Source: a virus
Lineage: Duplodnaviria > Caudoviricetes
IMG/VR virus record: IMGVR_UViG_3300020045_008448
Location: 1-40,731 of that record
Direction: 5' to 3' (one strand)
Length of the DNA: 40,731 nucleotides
Position 1 is the first letter of the stretch. Each line of letters starts with the position of its first letter. This document shows positions 18,874 through 27,381 of this stretch, in pieces. The notes below the pieces were generated by a model, which was not told where the DNA came from, searched no databases, and saw only the letters and a list, made by a program, of their open reading frames with translations. A program made the position numbers and the translations under genes.

Positions 18874-20592
18874 ATGTTAAACATTATTCAAATACCACAA
18901 ATTAACCCTATAAAGTTCTACTGGCAAAGTGATGCCATGAATGAAGCGGTTAACCCGTATTTTGTTTATAACTCCTTTCAGCCAAATCAAAATGAGAGAG
19001 GTTTTGACAATGACTTTTTCTACCGAAACCTAAAAAGTTGGGTGGATAAAGTTAAGTACTTCCAACCCTGGCAGCAAGGCGATAAAATTGTTCTACAGTT
19101 TTATGGGGCTGGACTAACAACAGCTTTTGGCTTCTACCTGATTGATGAGAAGGGAAATACTGTCAAATCAACTTTAGCTACTATTGGGGCAGAAATTGGT
19201 TCAGGTACTGGTGTGTATATCAGAACTGTTACCATGTTATTGTATGATGTGCCTGAGGGTAAATACATGCCTCAAATATTAAGACTACCACCTTCTCCCG
19301 CAACTGACGGTCGATATGCTTTTGCAGGGGAGCCTATTGAAGTGAAAGCCAATCATGAAAATACCATACTGATAAGGTACAAGCATAGTGAAAATGCTTA
19401 TGGCATATTTTGGGAAACAGATATTGAAATGTGGCAACGTGTTCATGCAGCTTTCACCAAACTAACTCCAGATAGTCAATTCAATGTATATGACGATGAT
19501 ACCTTTAACGCAACCTTGTTATCTGGTGTTAAATATAGAAATTGGCAATTGTCAATTGGAGTAGGTAGCAAGCCTGTACCTGTACACAGATTTGATAACC
19601 TGGAAGAGGTATTCCTATGTGACTCTTTATTCATTGACCACAAGTATTTCACAAGAACAGAAGATAGCAAACTTGAACAAGTACCTATTGAGAAAAACCC
19701 ATTACTTACTGGGAATATAACCTTAAGAGAGAAAATCAATGAGGCTGATTTGGTTGTTGACTTTTACCCTGCAATTGTTTTAGGAGATGCTCCAGAATCA
19801 AAGTGGTTTAGTATTGAGTCGCTTGAACAACCCTTGCCATATTCCTACGCTGTTGAAAAGTATTTTAGCGGTGCAAAAAACTTTGTTGATTATTTGAATA
19901 GCTCAAACCTGATTGGCGCAGTTGATTATGAAAACACTTACTTCGCAATAGACACACATAATCAAATTGTGTTAATGACAACTTCATCAATTGTATATGG
20001 TACGTTTTCACCAGGATTAACTTATGCAGGTTTACTTGAAGGACACTTGATTGTAGAAGTTGAAACAGCAACAGGCAATACAGACTTAGTGGTTCAATTT
20101 GCAAATGCAGTAGTGAGTTCAAAGTATAGATACTATTGGGGTGACGCAACTGTAGATAATGGTACAAGTACGGGTATAACAAAAACAAAAGCTTACACAG
20201 CCGGTAGGAAATTCACAGCTATGTTATTCTGGGACCAGGCTGAAGAGATATACCTTGACGCATCAGACCAAATAATTCAAACTCTTGAAGGTGAATTGCC
20301 ATATAGGCTAGATACCTTCAACTGTGAAAACAATCAACTGAAAAACATTAAAAACAATTTGTTTGGTAGAATGGGAGCTTTGAGCACAACTCTCTTTCAA
20401 CTGTCTGGTAATAGATTGACTCAATACACAATTGATGATTTGATTAAAAGTGCTTTTGATGCTGTTGACCAATTTAGTAACCCTGGTTCTGTGGACGTAC
20501 AAAGCCAAGTACCTGCTGCTGGGCCCAGTACTCAACTATATACACTACTTTCTAAACTGTCACAAGCTGGCGTAACAATACTACACGATTAA
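18874..20592 (+). CDS. Tail protein with C-terminal PKD-like and LRR-like segments
   Basis: YYWGDATVDN; LDTFNCENNQL and FQLSGNRL LRR-like repeats. Confidence 0.65.
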   Translation: MLNIIQIPQINPIKFYWQSDAMNEAVNPYFVYNSFQPNQNERGFDNDFFYRNLKSWVDKVKYFQPWQQGDKIVLQFYGAGLTTAFGFYLIDEKGNTVKSTLATIGAEIGSGTGVYIRTVTMLLYDVPEGKYMPQILRLPPSPATDGRYAFAGEPIEVKANHENTILIRYKHSENAYGIFWETDIEMWQRVHAAFTKLTPDSQFNVYDDDTFNATLLSGVKYRNWQLSIGVGSKPVPVHRFDNLEEVFLCDSLFIDHKYFTRTEDSKLEQVPIEKNPLLTGNITLREKINEADLVVDFYPAIVLGDAPESKWFSIESLEQPLPYSYAVEKYFSGAKNFVDYLNSSNLIGAVDYENTYFAIDTHNQIVLMTTSSIVYGTFSPGLTYAGLLEGHLIVEVETATGNTDLVVQFANAVVSSKYRYYWGDATVDNGTSTGITKTKAYTAGRKFTAMLFWDQAEEIYLDASDQIIQTLEGELPYRLDTFNCENNQLKNIKNNLFGRMGALSTTLFQLSGNRLTQYTIDDLIKSAFDAVDQFSNPGSVDVQSQVPAAGPSTQLYTLLSKLSQAGVTILHD

Positions 20593-21194
20593 TGATTATA
20601 AAAGTTACCATATCTGGAGTTGATAGTTATATAGATACAGACATTGTATTGTATACCTATGATAATACTGGTATGGAACTTATCCTTAATTTGGAAAAAG
20701 CCAAAATATCACCTTGTGCTGAACTGTTTGAAAACAATGCTCCAACTATAGTTTCATATCCAACGTACTCTAATTTTGTTACAGACAATGCTGCAAATTT
20801 TCTTGAGGTGACGCATGCAACACTTACCAATATTTGTTTAAACATTCATCGTGTTTTGCGCCTTGAAGAGATTGACGCTTCTAACACAACTGTTAAATTT
20901 GACAATGGTGCTTCTGTACCTGTTAGTATGTCTTTGGCAACTTTGCAAGCCGCTTTAAATGCTGCCTTGGCGCCATCTAGCTCATCCTCAACATTTGTGA
21001 GTGAAGATATTGCGAGTGATGGTTCCGGTGTATTAACACTTGCACATGGTTATATCTCTGGTACTTGGAATGTGGCTGTTAGAGGTGTCCTAGTGAAAAG
21101 AACTAAAGTATCTGAGACTGGAGCCAATGAGTTAACTCTAACAGCTGGCACAACCGTAGCTGGAGATTTTATTAACGTAACTTATTATTATTGA
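20592..21194 (+). CDS. Hypothetical tail-module protein
   Basis: 200 aa, coupled to its neighbours; C-terminal beta domain ending GDFINVTYYY. Confidence 0.65.
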   Translation: MIIKVTISGVDSYIDTDIVLYTYDNTGMELILNLEKAKISPCAELFENNAPTIVSYPTYSNFVTDNAANFLEVTHATLTNICLNIHRVLRLEEIDASNTTVKFDNGASVPVSMSLATLQAALNAALAPSSSSSTFVSEDIASDGSGVLTLAHGYISGTWNVAVRGVLVKRTKVSETGANELTLTAGTTVAGDFINVTYYY

Positions 21195-21195
21195 C

Positions 21196-23022
21196 ATGAA
21201 AAAATTATTATTTGTATTTTTGTTGTTGTTGTTGAATTTTGTCGTAAGAGCACAAGTATCTAATACCTGGCTTATTGGACAAGATGAACAAATACAATGG
21301 GACACTACAACAGTGGTTCGTACACCATCACTAACAGCCTATCTATTGAAATCGGACAGTACCTTGTACACAACCTTGTATAGATTAGACACGACCAGGG
21401 CCGCTATTGACTTGAGATACCTTTCAGCGTCAACTACTAGTCAACAAAATGGCTACTTCACAAAAACACATTACTACTCAATACCAAGTACGTATTATCT
21501 TGAATTGAGAAATAGCAATACTACAGCCACGGCACACAGGTCAATGGCAATAGATATTGGGGACGCTGATAGAACACTAACGTTGACTGGTAATACTTCT
21601 CTATCCGGTACCAATACAGGAGACAACGCCATCAATAGCTTGTATTCAGGACTTGTTACAAATGCTACACATACAGGTGATGCAACAGGAGCAACAGCTT
21701 TGACAGTAGTTGCGCTCAATGGCACGAACCTTGCAGGTCTTGGAACAGGACTTTTGAAAAATACGACTGGTACAGGTATACCATCAATAATCACAGACAA
21801 TAGTACAAATTGGAATACAGCTCACTCGGACCGTTTGAAATGGGATGGTGGAGCAACAGATTTGGTTGCCGCAACTGGGAGAACTTCTTTAGGGGGAACC
21901 ACAATTGGCCAAAACATATTTACGAGCACAAACCCTGGAGCCATCACATTTGGTAGAGCAAATGCTGATAACTCTTTCACCTGGTTAAATGCTGCAGATT
22001 TTAGAACAGCTATTGGTGCAGGTACTGGTAGTGGTACAGTGACCTCTATTGGTGTGTCTACTGCTAATGGTATTTCAGGCAGTTCAAGTGGAGGGGCTAC
22101 TCCAAGCTTAACACTTGCTTTGGGAGCAATTACTCCTACATCTATTAATACAGGCACTACCTTGAATGGTGTTGGCTTTTTCAAATCAACTACTGATATT
22201 GCTTTGGCCTCCACTACTCATGCTGCAACTTTCGGTGGCGAAGCAAATAGTACAAATCTGGCGCTTGGCGAGTATAGTACAGGGGTCGGCCTGCAGGCAA
22301 GAAACAATGGAGCCGTAGCTGCTTTATACCAAAACCCATTAGGTGGTGATATTCAAGTAGGGAGTTCAACAGTTGGTGTACAAAACTTTATCATCAATAA
22401 CACAGACGCGGGAACCGGTTCGTACATTGAAATGGGTTTGCGAAATGGAGCAGCTTCGGCAGACGGGTTATTATTTAGAACACTTGGAACAGGGTTTACT
22501 ACAAGTGGTATGAATTTCCAGGATGGTGCATTTGTTGCCACATCTACAAACCTCTCAGGTGGGTTATCAATAGGAACCCAGGCCAGCGCAGCTTTTAGGG
22601 TTTATACCAACAACACACTAAGAACTACCTGGGCAGCAGCTACCGGGGATATATCTACAACAGGGCAAGTATTATCAAGTGGTGGTGGTATCGGCTATAC
22701 AACAGGTGCAGGTGGTACAGTCACTCAAATTACAAGTAGAACCACAAGTGTTACAAATAACAAACTGTGTGGGACTATTACAATGTTCAGTGCTGCTCAA
22801 GCAGCTAATGCTCTAGTAACCTTTACCCTTACAAACTCATTCATTGCTGCAACAGATTATGTATTGGTGCAGCACATATCTGCTACAAACGGAGGCGCCT
22901 GGAATGTATCTGTCGTAGCAGGTGCTGGAAGTGCGACTATTAATATTAGAAATGTATCAACAGCCTCAATAACAGAAGCTACTCCACTAAGGTTCACAAT
23001 AATAAAAGCCACAACAAACTAA
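21196..23022 (+). CDS. Tail fibre-like protein with N-terminal Sec signal peptide
   Basis: Gly/Thr/Ala-rich fibre motifs (SGTNTGD, GTVTSIG, GGTVTQITSRTT); N-terminus MKKLLFVFLLLLLNFVVRA-Q. Confidence 0.75.
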   Translation: MKKLLFVFLLLLLNFVVRAQVSNTWLIGQDEQIQWDTTTVVRTPSLTAYLLKSDSTLYTTLYRLDTTRAAIDLRYLSASTTSQQNGYFTKTHYYSIPSTYYLELRNSNTTATAHRSMAIDIGDADRTLTLTGNTSLSGTNTGDNAINSLYSGLVTNATHTGDATGATALTVVALNGTNLAGLGTGLLKNTTGTGIPSIITDNSTNWNTAHSDRLKWDGGATDLVAATGRTSLGGTTIGQNIFTSTNPGAITFGRANADNSFTWLNAADFRTAIGAGTGSGTVTSIGVSTANGISGSSSGGATPSLTLALGAITPTSINTGTTLNGVGFFKSTTDIALASTTHAATFGGEANSTNLALGEYSTGVGLQARNNGAVAALYQNPLGGDIQVGSSTVGVQNFIINNTDAGTGSYIEMGLRNGAASADGLLFRTLGTGFTTSGMNFQDGAFVATSTNLSGGLSIGTQASAAFRVYTNNTLRTTWAAATGDISTTGQVLSSGGGIGYTTGAGGTVTQITSRTTSVTNNKLCGTITMFSAAQAANALVTFTLTNSFIAATDYVLVQHISATNGGAWNVSVVAGAGSATINIRNVSTASITEATPLRFTIIKATTN

Positions 23023-23024
23023 AC

Positions 23025-23240
23025 ATGGAAACAATTACAATTACACTAGAAAATGGTATTGTTACAGAAACAATTACCAACACAAGGCAGACTACTTATA
23101 CAGTGCAACAGTACACAGCGATGGTACAAGAGCAGTTAAGTCAAATGCAAGCTGGTTTAAGTACTTACACAGCCGAGGTAACAAATAACTTGAATAAGCT
23201 ACAGGACAAACTTGATACTATTAACAATTTAAACAAATAG
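23025..23240 (+). CDS. Small coiled-coil protein (possible fibre chaperone)
   Basis: 71 aa after the fibre gene. Confidence 0.6.
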   Translation: METITITLENGIVTETITNTRQTTYTVQQYTAMVQEQLSQMQAGLSTYTAEVTNNLNKLQDKLDTINNLNK

Positions 23241-23242
23241 CC

Positions 23243-23578
23243 ATGCCTGAAGCATTATTGACAGAATTACTCAAATTATCTGTACCAACAGCCTTACTTG
23301 GTTGGATTAGCTATACTTTGTGGAAACGCTTTGATAATCGCGTGAAACAAAATGAAATTGAATTGAAGGAATTACGTACCAGGTATGACAATGAAATCTT
23401 TTCCACCCGGGATGAAATTAAGCAAATTATACAAGAGAATAGTGTTATGTTGGCTGAAGTCAAAAAACAAAGTCGAGCAACCAATAGCGTGATGGAACGC
23501 TGTAATAACGTGATGGATTGCTTAGTCAAAGAAATCAAGAAAGTTAAACCTCATTTTTTAAACCCTCAAAATACATAA
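23243..23578 (+). CDS. Holin-like membrane protein (1 TM plus coiled coil)
   Basis: Hydrophobic LSVPTALLGWISYTLW followed by a coiled coil; upstream of the endolysin. Confidence 0.55.
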   Translation: MPEALLTELLKLSVPTALLGWISYTLWKRFDNRVKQNEIELKELRTRYDNEIFSTRDEIKQIIQENSVMLAEVKKQSRATNSVMERCNNVMDCLVKEIKKVKPHFLNPQNT

Positions 23579-23581
23579 ACA

Positions 23582-23833
23582 ATGTCAAACACAACAATTT
23601 CAACAGACAACTTGAGCAAGCCTGCTCCAAGATGGTATCGTAGACTTAAAAGAGCAATCTACCTTTTACAAGCCGGTGGAATTTTAACCGGTGCATTAAC
23701 AAGATTGAACATAACGGCAGAAGACCAACTATTCATAGTTGCCTGCATGACTGTTGGCCTTGAGGTGTTAGGTGCTTTACTTGCAAACGGCGAAATCTAT
23801 TCAAACAATGACACTCCAGCAAGCAAAGACTAA
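23582..23833 (+). CDS. Putative holin (2 TM)
   Basis: Basic PRWYRRLKR then two hydrophobic segments; in the lysis cassette. Confidence 0.6.
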   Translation: MSNTTISTDNLSKPAPRWYRRLKRAIYLLQAGGILTGALTRLNITAEDQLFIVACMTVGLEVLGALLANGEIYSNNDTPASKD

Positions 23834-24014
23834 GGCCTCCGAGTTATATCAAGATGGTAAGTGGTTAGAGCTTGCTATCTTGATATTTCAATTCGGCAAA
23901 GAGCTGGTATTGTATTTACGTGAACGTTTCAAATCAAAACAAAATGAAAGCAACAAAGATAAACCTATTCAATCTGGAAACAATGTTGACCAAGTCGACA
24001 AGGCAAATCAATAA
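23808..24014 (+). CDS. Small amphipathic protein in the lysis cassette
   Basis: ATG at 23808; WLELAILIFQFGKELVLYLRERFK amphipathic helix. Confidence 0.5.
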   Translation: MTLQQAKTKASELYQDGKWLELAILIFQFGKELVLYLRERFKSKQNESNKDKPIQSGNNVDQVDKANQ

Positions 24015-24465
24015 TATATTTGTGCACTGCACAGCTGGTTGGCAAAATGAAACCAATGAAGACCTCTTTGCCGGGTTTAAGGCACAAGGTTGGAAGAACC
24101 CGGGTTACCACGTTACCGTTGATGCTGATGGCACTGCCTGGCTCTTACAACATCCTGACCTGGTAGCAAACGGGGTAGCTGGTCACAATTCAAATTCATT
24201 GCACATATCATATAAGGGTGGTGTGGCTAAATCTGGGGCAATAAAGGACAAAGGTAAGTTGCTGCCAGTGGATAACCGCACTCCAGCACAGAAGGTCACA
24301 CTACTCCTTATTTTACAGCATTGGCATGAGCAGCACCCTAAAGCCAGGATATTGGGCCATAGAGATATAAGTCCTGATAAAAACAAGAATGGTAAGGTAG
24401 ATGCCTGGGAGCGTATTAAAGAATGTCCTTGCTTTGACGCAATGGTTGAATATGTCGCGATTTAA
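23983..24465 (+). CDS. Endolysin, N-acetylmuramoyl-L-alanine amidase (Amidase_2, T7 lysozyme-like); alternative start at 23944
   Basis: IFVHCTA, PGYH, GVAGHN, ILGHRD and KECPCFD Zn-amidase motifs. Confidence 0.93.
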   Translation: MLTKSTRQINNIFVHCTAGWQNETNEDLFAGFKAQGWKNPGYHVTVDADGTAWLLQHPDLVANGVAGHNSNSLHISYKGGVAKSGAIKDKGKLLPVDNRTPAQKVTLLLILQHWHEQHPKARILGHRDISPDKNKNGKVDAWERIKECPCFDAMVEYVAI

Positions 24466-24552
24466 GGCCTTTAAATAGGCTCGTAAGTAGTAAGGCTTAG
24501 CTAATAGCTTATATCGCGAAAACGGAGCTCTAAATAGCCTTTAAAAGCGTTT
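24455..24552 (+). repeat. Dispersed periodic element E3 (core 24484-24499)
   Basis: TTTAAGGC-N15-TAAGTAGTAAGGCTTA-N17-CGAAAACGGAGCTCTAAA. Confidence 0.8.
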
Positions 24553-24585
24553 GAAGTAATTATGAAAATAGTATTTTTAATTATC

Positions 24586-24605
24586 GTAAAACTGTTTTAC
24601 CTTTG
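24586..24605 (+). promoter_or_regulatory. Palindromic operator GTAAAAC-T-GTTTTAC overlapping a TACCTTTG -7 box
   Basis: Perfect 7-1-7 palindrome; TAnnTTTG ends 4 nt before ATG 24610. Confidence 0.7.
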
Positions 24606-24609
24606 AAGC

Positions 24610-24780
24610 ATGAAAATCATATTAAACGCCAAGGTTGACCCACAGCTCAAAGAAGCTCTAAGACTTGTTGCTCAAGATGAGTCTGTTGCCAAAACTATAT
24701 CCAGTAGTTCTCTACTAGTTGAAATCCTGAAAAAGGACCAAAGAGTGGCAGCAAAGCTCAAAATGTTATTGACACGTTAA
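24610..24780 (+). CDS. Putative ribbon-helix-helix regulator, 56 aa (not in ORF track)
   Basis: MKIILNAKVDPQLKEALRLVAQDESVAKTISSSSLLVEILKK shows a strand-helix-helix pattern. Confidence 0.65.
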   Translation: MKIILNAKVDPQLKEALRLVAQDESVAKTISSSSLLVEILKKDQRVAAKLKMLLTR

Positions 24781-24828
24781 TGTGAGTAAAACAGTAAAAC
24801 TAATTCGATTTGCTGGCGTACATTCACA
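24775..24828 (+). promoter_or_regulatory. Conserved promoter/operator repeat, copy 1
   Basis: CGTTAAtgtgAGTAAAACAGTAAAACTAATTCGATTtgcTGGCGTACATTCACA. Confidence 0.8.
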
Positions 24829-24841
24829 AAAAATAATAACA

Positions 24842-25054
24842 ATGACAACATATCAAAAAGGTGACAAATTTAAAAACCCAGTCACAGGTACAACCAACAC
24901 TATTATAGCTATTGACCATGCCAAGTGGTATCCAGGCTCAAGAACTTTTGGCCCCTATTACACACTTGAAATTGCAGACACAGGCAAGCACGTAGAATTA
25001 ACTCCAGCAATGTTAAGCCGTTTCACTAAAATTAATAGCAATGACAAGAATTAA
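24842..25054 (+). CDS. Hypothetical early protein
   Basis: ATG 24842 after an A-rich leader is preferred over GTG 24782, which lies inside the promoter repeat. Confidence 0.7.
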   Translation: MTTYQKGDKFKNPVTGTTNTIIAIDHAKWYPGSRTFGPYYTLEIADTGKHVELTPAMLSRFTKINSNDKN

Positions 25055-25409
25055 TGCAGGCATACCACCGAAGCAATTGTGTCGCCAACACTTGCTTGCT
25101 GAGCTACGTGAAATAAAGCGAATACCTAACATGCTGCCAAAAGCAAACCTCAAAGACCTGCCTACAAAGTTTACGCTTGGTACTGGTCACGTGCGTTTCT
25201 TTTATGACAAGGGCAAGTACACACTCACACGCTATTTACAATTATACCATGAGGCAAAATTTCGTGGGTATAATGTCACAGACTTTTCTGAAGCCTGGAA
25301 AATATATGAGCAATACCTAAAACTATTTAACGATTGGCTACCAGGTGCTAAAGATATAGTAATGATTAATGAGCGTATTGTTGAACGACTAAAAACTATG
25401 AAACAATGA
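25041..25409 (+). CDS. denV: Pyrimidine-dimer DNA glycosylase / endonuclease V (T4 DenV-like)
   Basis: MTRIN, QHLLAELREIKRI and FTLGTGHVRFFYDK; Thr2 and catalytic Glu equivalents are present. Confidence 0.92.
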   Translation: MTRINAGIPPKQLCRQHLLAELREIKRIPNMLPKANLKDLPTKFTLGTGHVRFFYDKGKYTLTRYLQLYHEAKFRGYNVTDFSEAWKIYEQYLKLFNDWLPGAKDIVMINERIVERLKTMKQ

Positions 25410-25783
25410 TAAAATCAAATGAATTAAGAATTGGGAATTATGTTTTAGATAACTTTGATGCTCATAATCCACGGCAATTAACAAAAATTTCATTAGATGA
25501 TTTTGTTGCAATTTCACACGGTTGCAATAGTTATCAACCCGTCTCTCTCACAGAAGATATACTATTGAAATGTGGGTTTGGTAGAGATAGAGGTGGTTGG
25601 TACTTATCTGCTGAATATAAGTTGTATAATCCGTTGAATCCAATAGATATTCCAAGCAGTAAGTATTATATAATGACGTTCCACGATAAGATTATAGCCG
25701 TTAAAGCTACTATTTACCTCCACGAACTTCAAAACCTTTACTTTGCCTTAACGGGTGAGGAACTTAAAATTAAACTGCCATGA
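25406..25783 (+). CDS. Hypothetical phage protein (ELRIGN...LHELQNLYFALTGEEL family)
   Basis: Motif pattern I associate with Bacteroidota phages; ATGA overlap with the upstream gene. Confidence 0.75.
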   Translation: MIKSNELRIGNYVLDNFDAHNPRQLTKISLDDFVAISHGCNSYQPVSLTEDILLKCGFGRDRGGWYLSAEYKLYNPLNPIDIPSSKYYIMTFHDKIIAVKATIYLHELQNLYFALTGEELKIKLP

Positions 25784-26028
25784 GACCACTAATCTATTCC
25801 CTCAAATATCTATTTCCCATTATGTTAGTTGCAGTAGTTGTATTTCTTGCTTTGTGTGAGATTGGAGATATTATAAACAAGAAACCAAACTATAAGCCTA
25901 TTTATGGAGGGCAGCAAGGCATAGTCTACGATACAACAATTTGGCGTGCTTACACTTTAGTTGAACACAATTGGGTGAACGTATTAGATGGTAATATTGT
26001 CACAGTAAAATTTATAAAGAAGCCATGA
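25780..26028 (+). CDS. Hypothetical membrane-anchored protein
   Basis: N-terminal TM segment; ATGA overlaps. Confidence 0.65.
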   Translation: MRPLIYSLKYLFPIMLVAVVVFLALCEIGDIINKKPNYKPIYGGQQGIVYDTTIWRAYTLVEHNWVNVLDGNIVTVKFIKKP

Positions 26029-26261
26029 GTTTACAAGACGCTAAAGTAGGGGACATAGTATTACTATATGGAAATTTGGTGCGCCGCATAGTGGCAGCTG
26101 ACAAAACCAAAATAACAATATTTGTCAACCCTGAAATACCAGGAGACACCTCGACAGAAAGCTGGTCACGTAAAACGGGTAAACCTGTTGGATGTAAAGA
26201 CCAGGATGAACACACAATTAAAATCATAACTATGGCTGAAGCCATGCAATACTTAACATAA
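26025..26261 (+). CDS. Hypothetical protein
   Basis: Coupled ORF, 78 aa. Confidence 0.65.
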   Translation: MSLQDAKVGDIVLLYGNLVRRIVAADKTKITIFVNPEIPGDTSTESWSRKTGKPVGCKDQDEHTIKIITMAEAMQYLT

Positions 26262-26389
26262 TGGAAAAAATCACACTCGAACAATACCAAGTAGCATTAG
26301 CTGCTCTACAATTCCACCAAGCCAAAGTGGAGGAGTACTTAAAAATAACACGTGCATATAACTATCAAATTGAAAAGAAAAAACCATGA
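26261..26389 (+). CDS. Hypothetical protein, 42 aa (not in ORF track)
   Basis: MEKITLEQYQVALAALQFHQAKVEEYLKITRAYNYQIEKKKP; TAATG and ATGA coupling. Confidence 0.55.
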   Translation: MEKITLEQYQVALAALQFHQAKVEEYLKITRAYNYQIEKKKP

Positions 26390-26565
26390 GTAAACATAAA
26401 TGGAAAGAGGTAGAATTACCCAACACAGACAAGACAAAACACATTTGTACCAGAGGTACTTGTAAGTGTATTAAGTGGACATCAAAATACGGTGTTGTTT
26501 ATGAACGCGCCCGGGTGACATATTCCAAAGAACCTATTTGCCTTGGTGACTCAGCTTTCAAATAG
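26386..26565 (+). CDS. Small Cys/His-rich protein, 59 aa (not in ORF track)
   Basis: MSKHKW...HICTRGTCKCIK...EPICLG; possible Zn-binding. Confidence 0.55.
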   Translation: MSKHKWKEVELPNTDKTKHICTRGTCKCIKWTSKYGVVYERARVTYSKEPICLGDSAFK

Positions 26566-26574
26566 TTATTGTTT

Positions 26575-26627
26575 CGTTAACGACAGTAAAACAGTAAAAC
26601 TATTCGACTTGTTGGCGTATATTCACA
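26575..26627 (+). promoter_or_regulatory. Conserved promoter/operator repeat, copy 2
   Basis: CGTTAAcgacAGTAAAACAGTAAAACTATTCGACTtgtTGGCGTATATTCACA. Confidence 0.8.
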
Positions 26628-26653
26628 CTATCAAATAATTAAAAAATAACAAC

Positions 26654-26896
26654 ATGGAAAAACAGACTCGGCCTATCTACCAGATAGCAAAAGAAATCAA
26701 ACTAAATTGGCCTAAGCCTTATTATGGAGCAGTACCGTACATAAGCGCAATGCTTAACCTGGAGACTATTAACGACCACTATTACCAGGACAACGCTCGC
26801 ACGATTATTAATTACTTTTTGGCGAATGCTTCTACCTGGAAAGGTGAGGCTGCAAGAAAGCTAAAAGCTGAATTGAAGGAGGCGCTAAATGGTTAA
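26654..26896 (+). CDS. Conserved hypothetical phage early protein
   Basis: YYGAVPYISAM...YFLANASTWKGE; first gene after promoter copy 2. Confidence 0.8.
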   Translation: MEKQTRPIYQIAKEIKLNWPKPYYGAVPYISAMLNLETINDHYYQDNARTIINYFLANASTWKGEAARKLKAELKEALNG

Positions 26897-27107
26897 TGAA
26901 ACTATCAACTTCCGCTATGGCCCAAAGCATAAAGCAAAGCTCGTATCATTCACGATTGAGCATAACCTTAAAGACTTTGGCTTAGAACTCTGGGATGCTT
27001 TTACAAACTGGTCTGCCAGATGTGACAACCCAACTGACTTACCTGACTTCATTGACTACATAAAATCAAAAGACCCTATAAATATCATAGCAAATGCCAA
27101 ACAATAA
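26889..27107 (+). CDS. Hypothetical protein
   Basis: Coupled ORF, 72 aa. Confidence 0.65.
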   Translation: MVNETINFRYGPKHKAKLVSFTIEHNLKDFGLELWDAFTNWSARCDNPTDLPDFIDYIKSKDPINIIANAKQ

Positions 27108-27357
27108 TTTCACTCAAATATATGAAGACAACAATGGCGAAGAGTGGGAAGTATCATACCACTTTGAAGGAGCCAGTTTTAGAGGCACCTTGGAACAACC
27201 ACCAGAAGAGCCCTGGATTGAAATTGACTCTATTATAAACATAGCAGATGGTAGAGCCTTTGATGGTGATGAGCAACCAATTGAAAACTATGTAGACAAA
27301 AACCACGTAGATGATATGCTAGACGACTACGCAGACTTTTATGGCGAAATTGATTAA
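27094..27357 (+). CDS. Highly acidic small protein
   Basis: 24 D/E versus 3 K/R in 87 aa. Confidence 0.7.
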   Translation: MPNNNFTQIYEDNNGEEWEVSYHFEGASFRGTLEQPPEEPWIEIDSIINIADGRAFDGDEQPIENYVDKNHVDDMLDDYADFYGEID

Positions 27358-27381
27358 TCACTTTAAAAACAAATATATACA

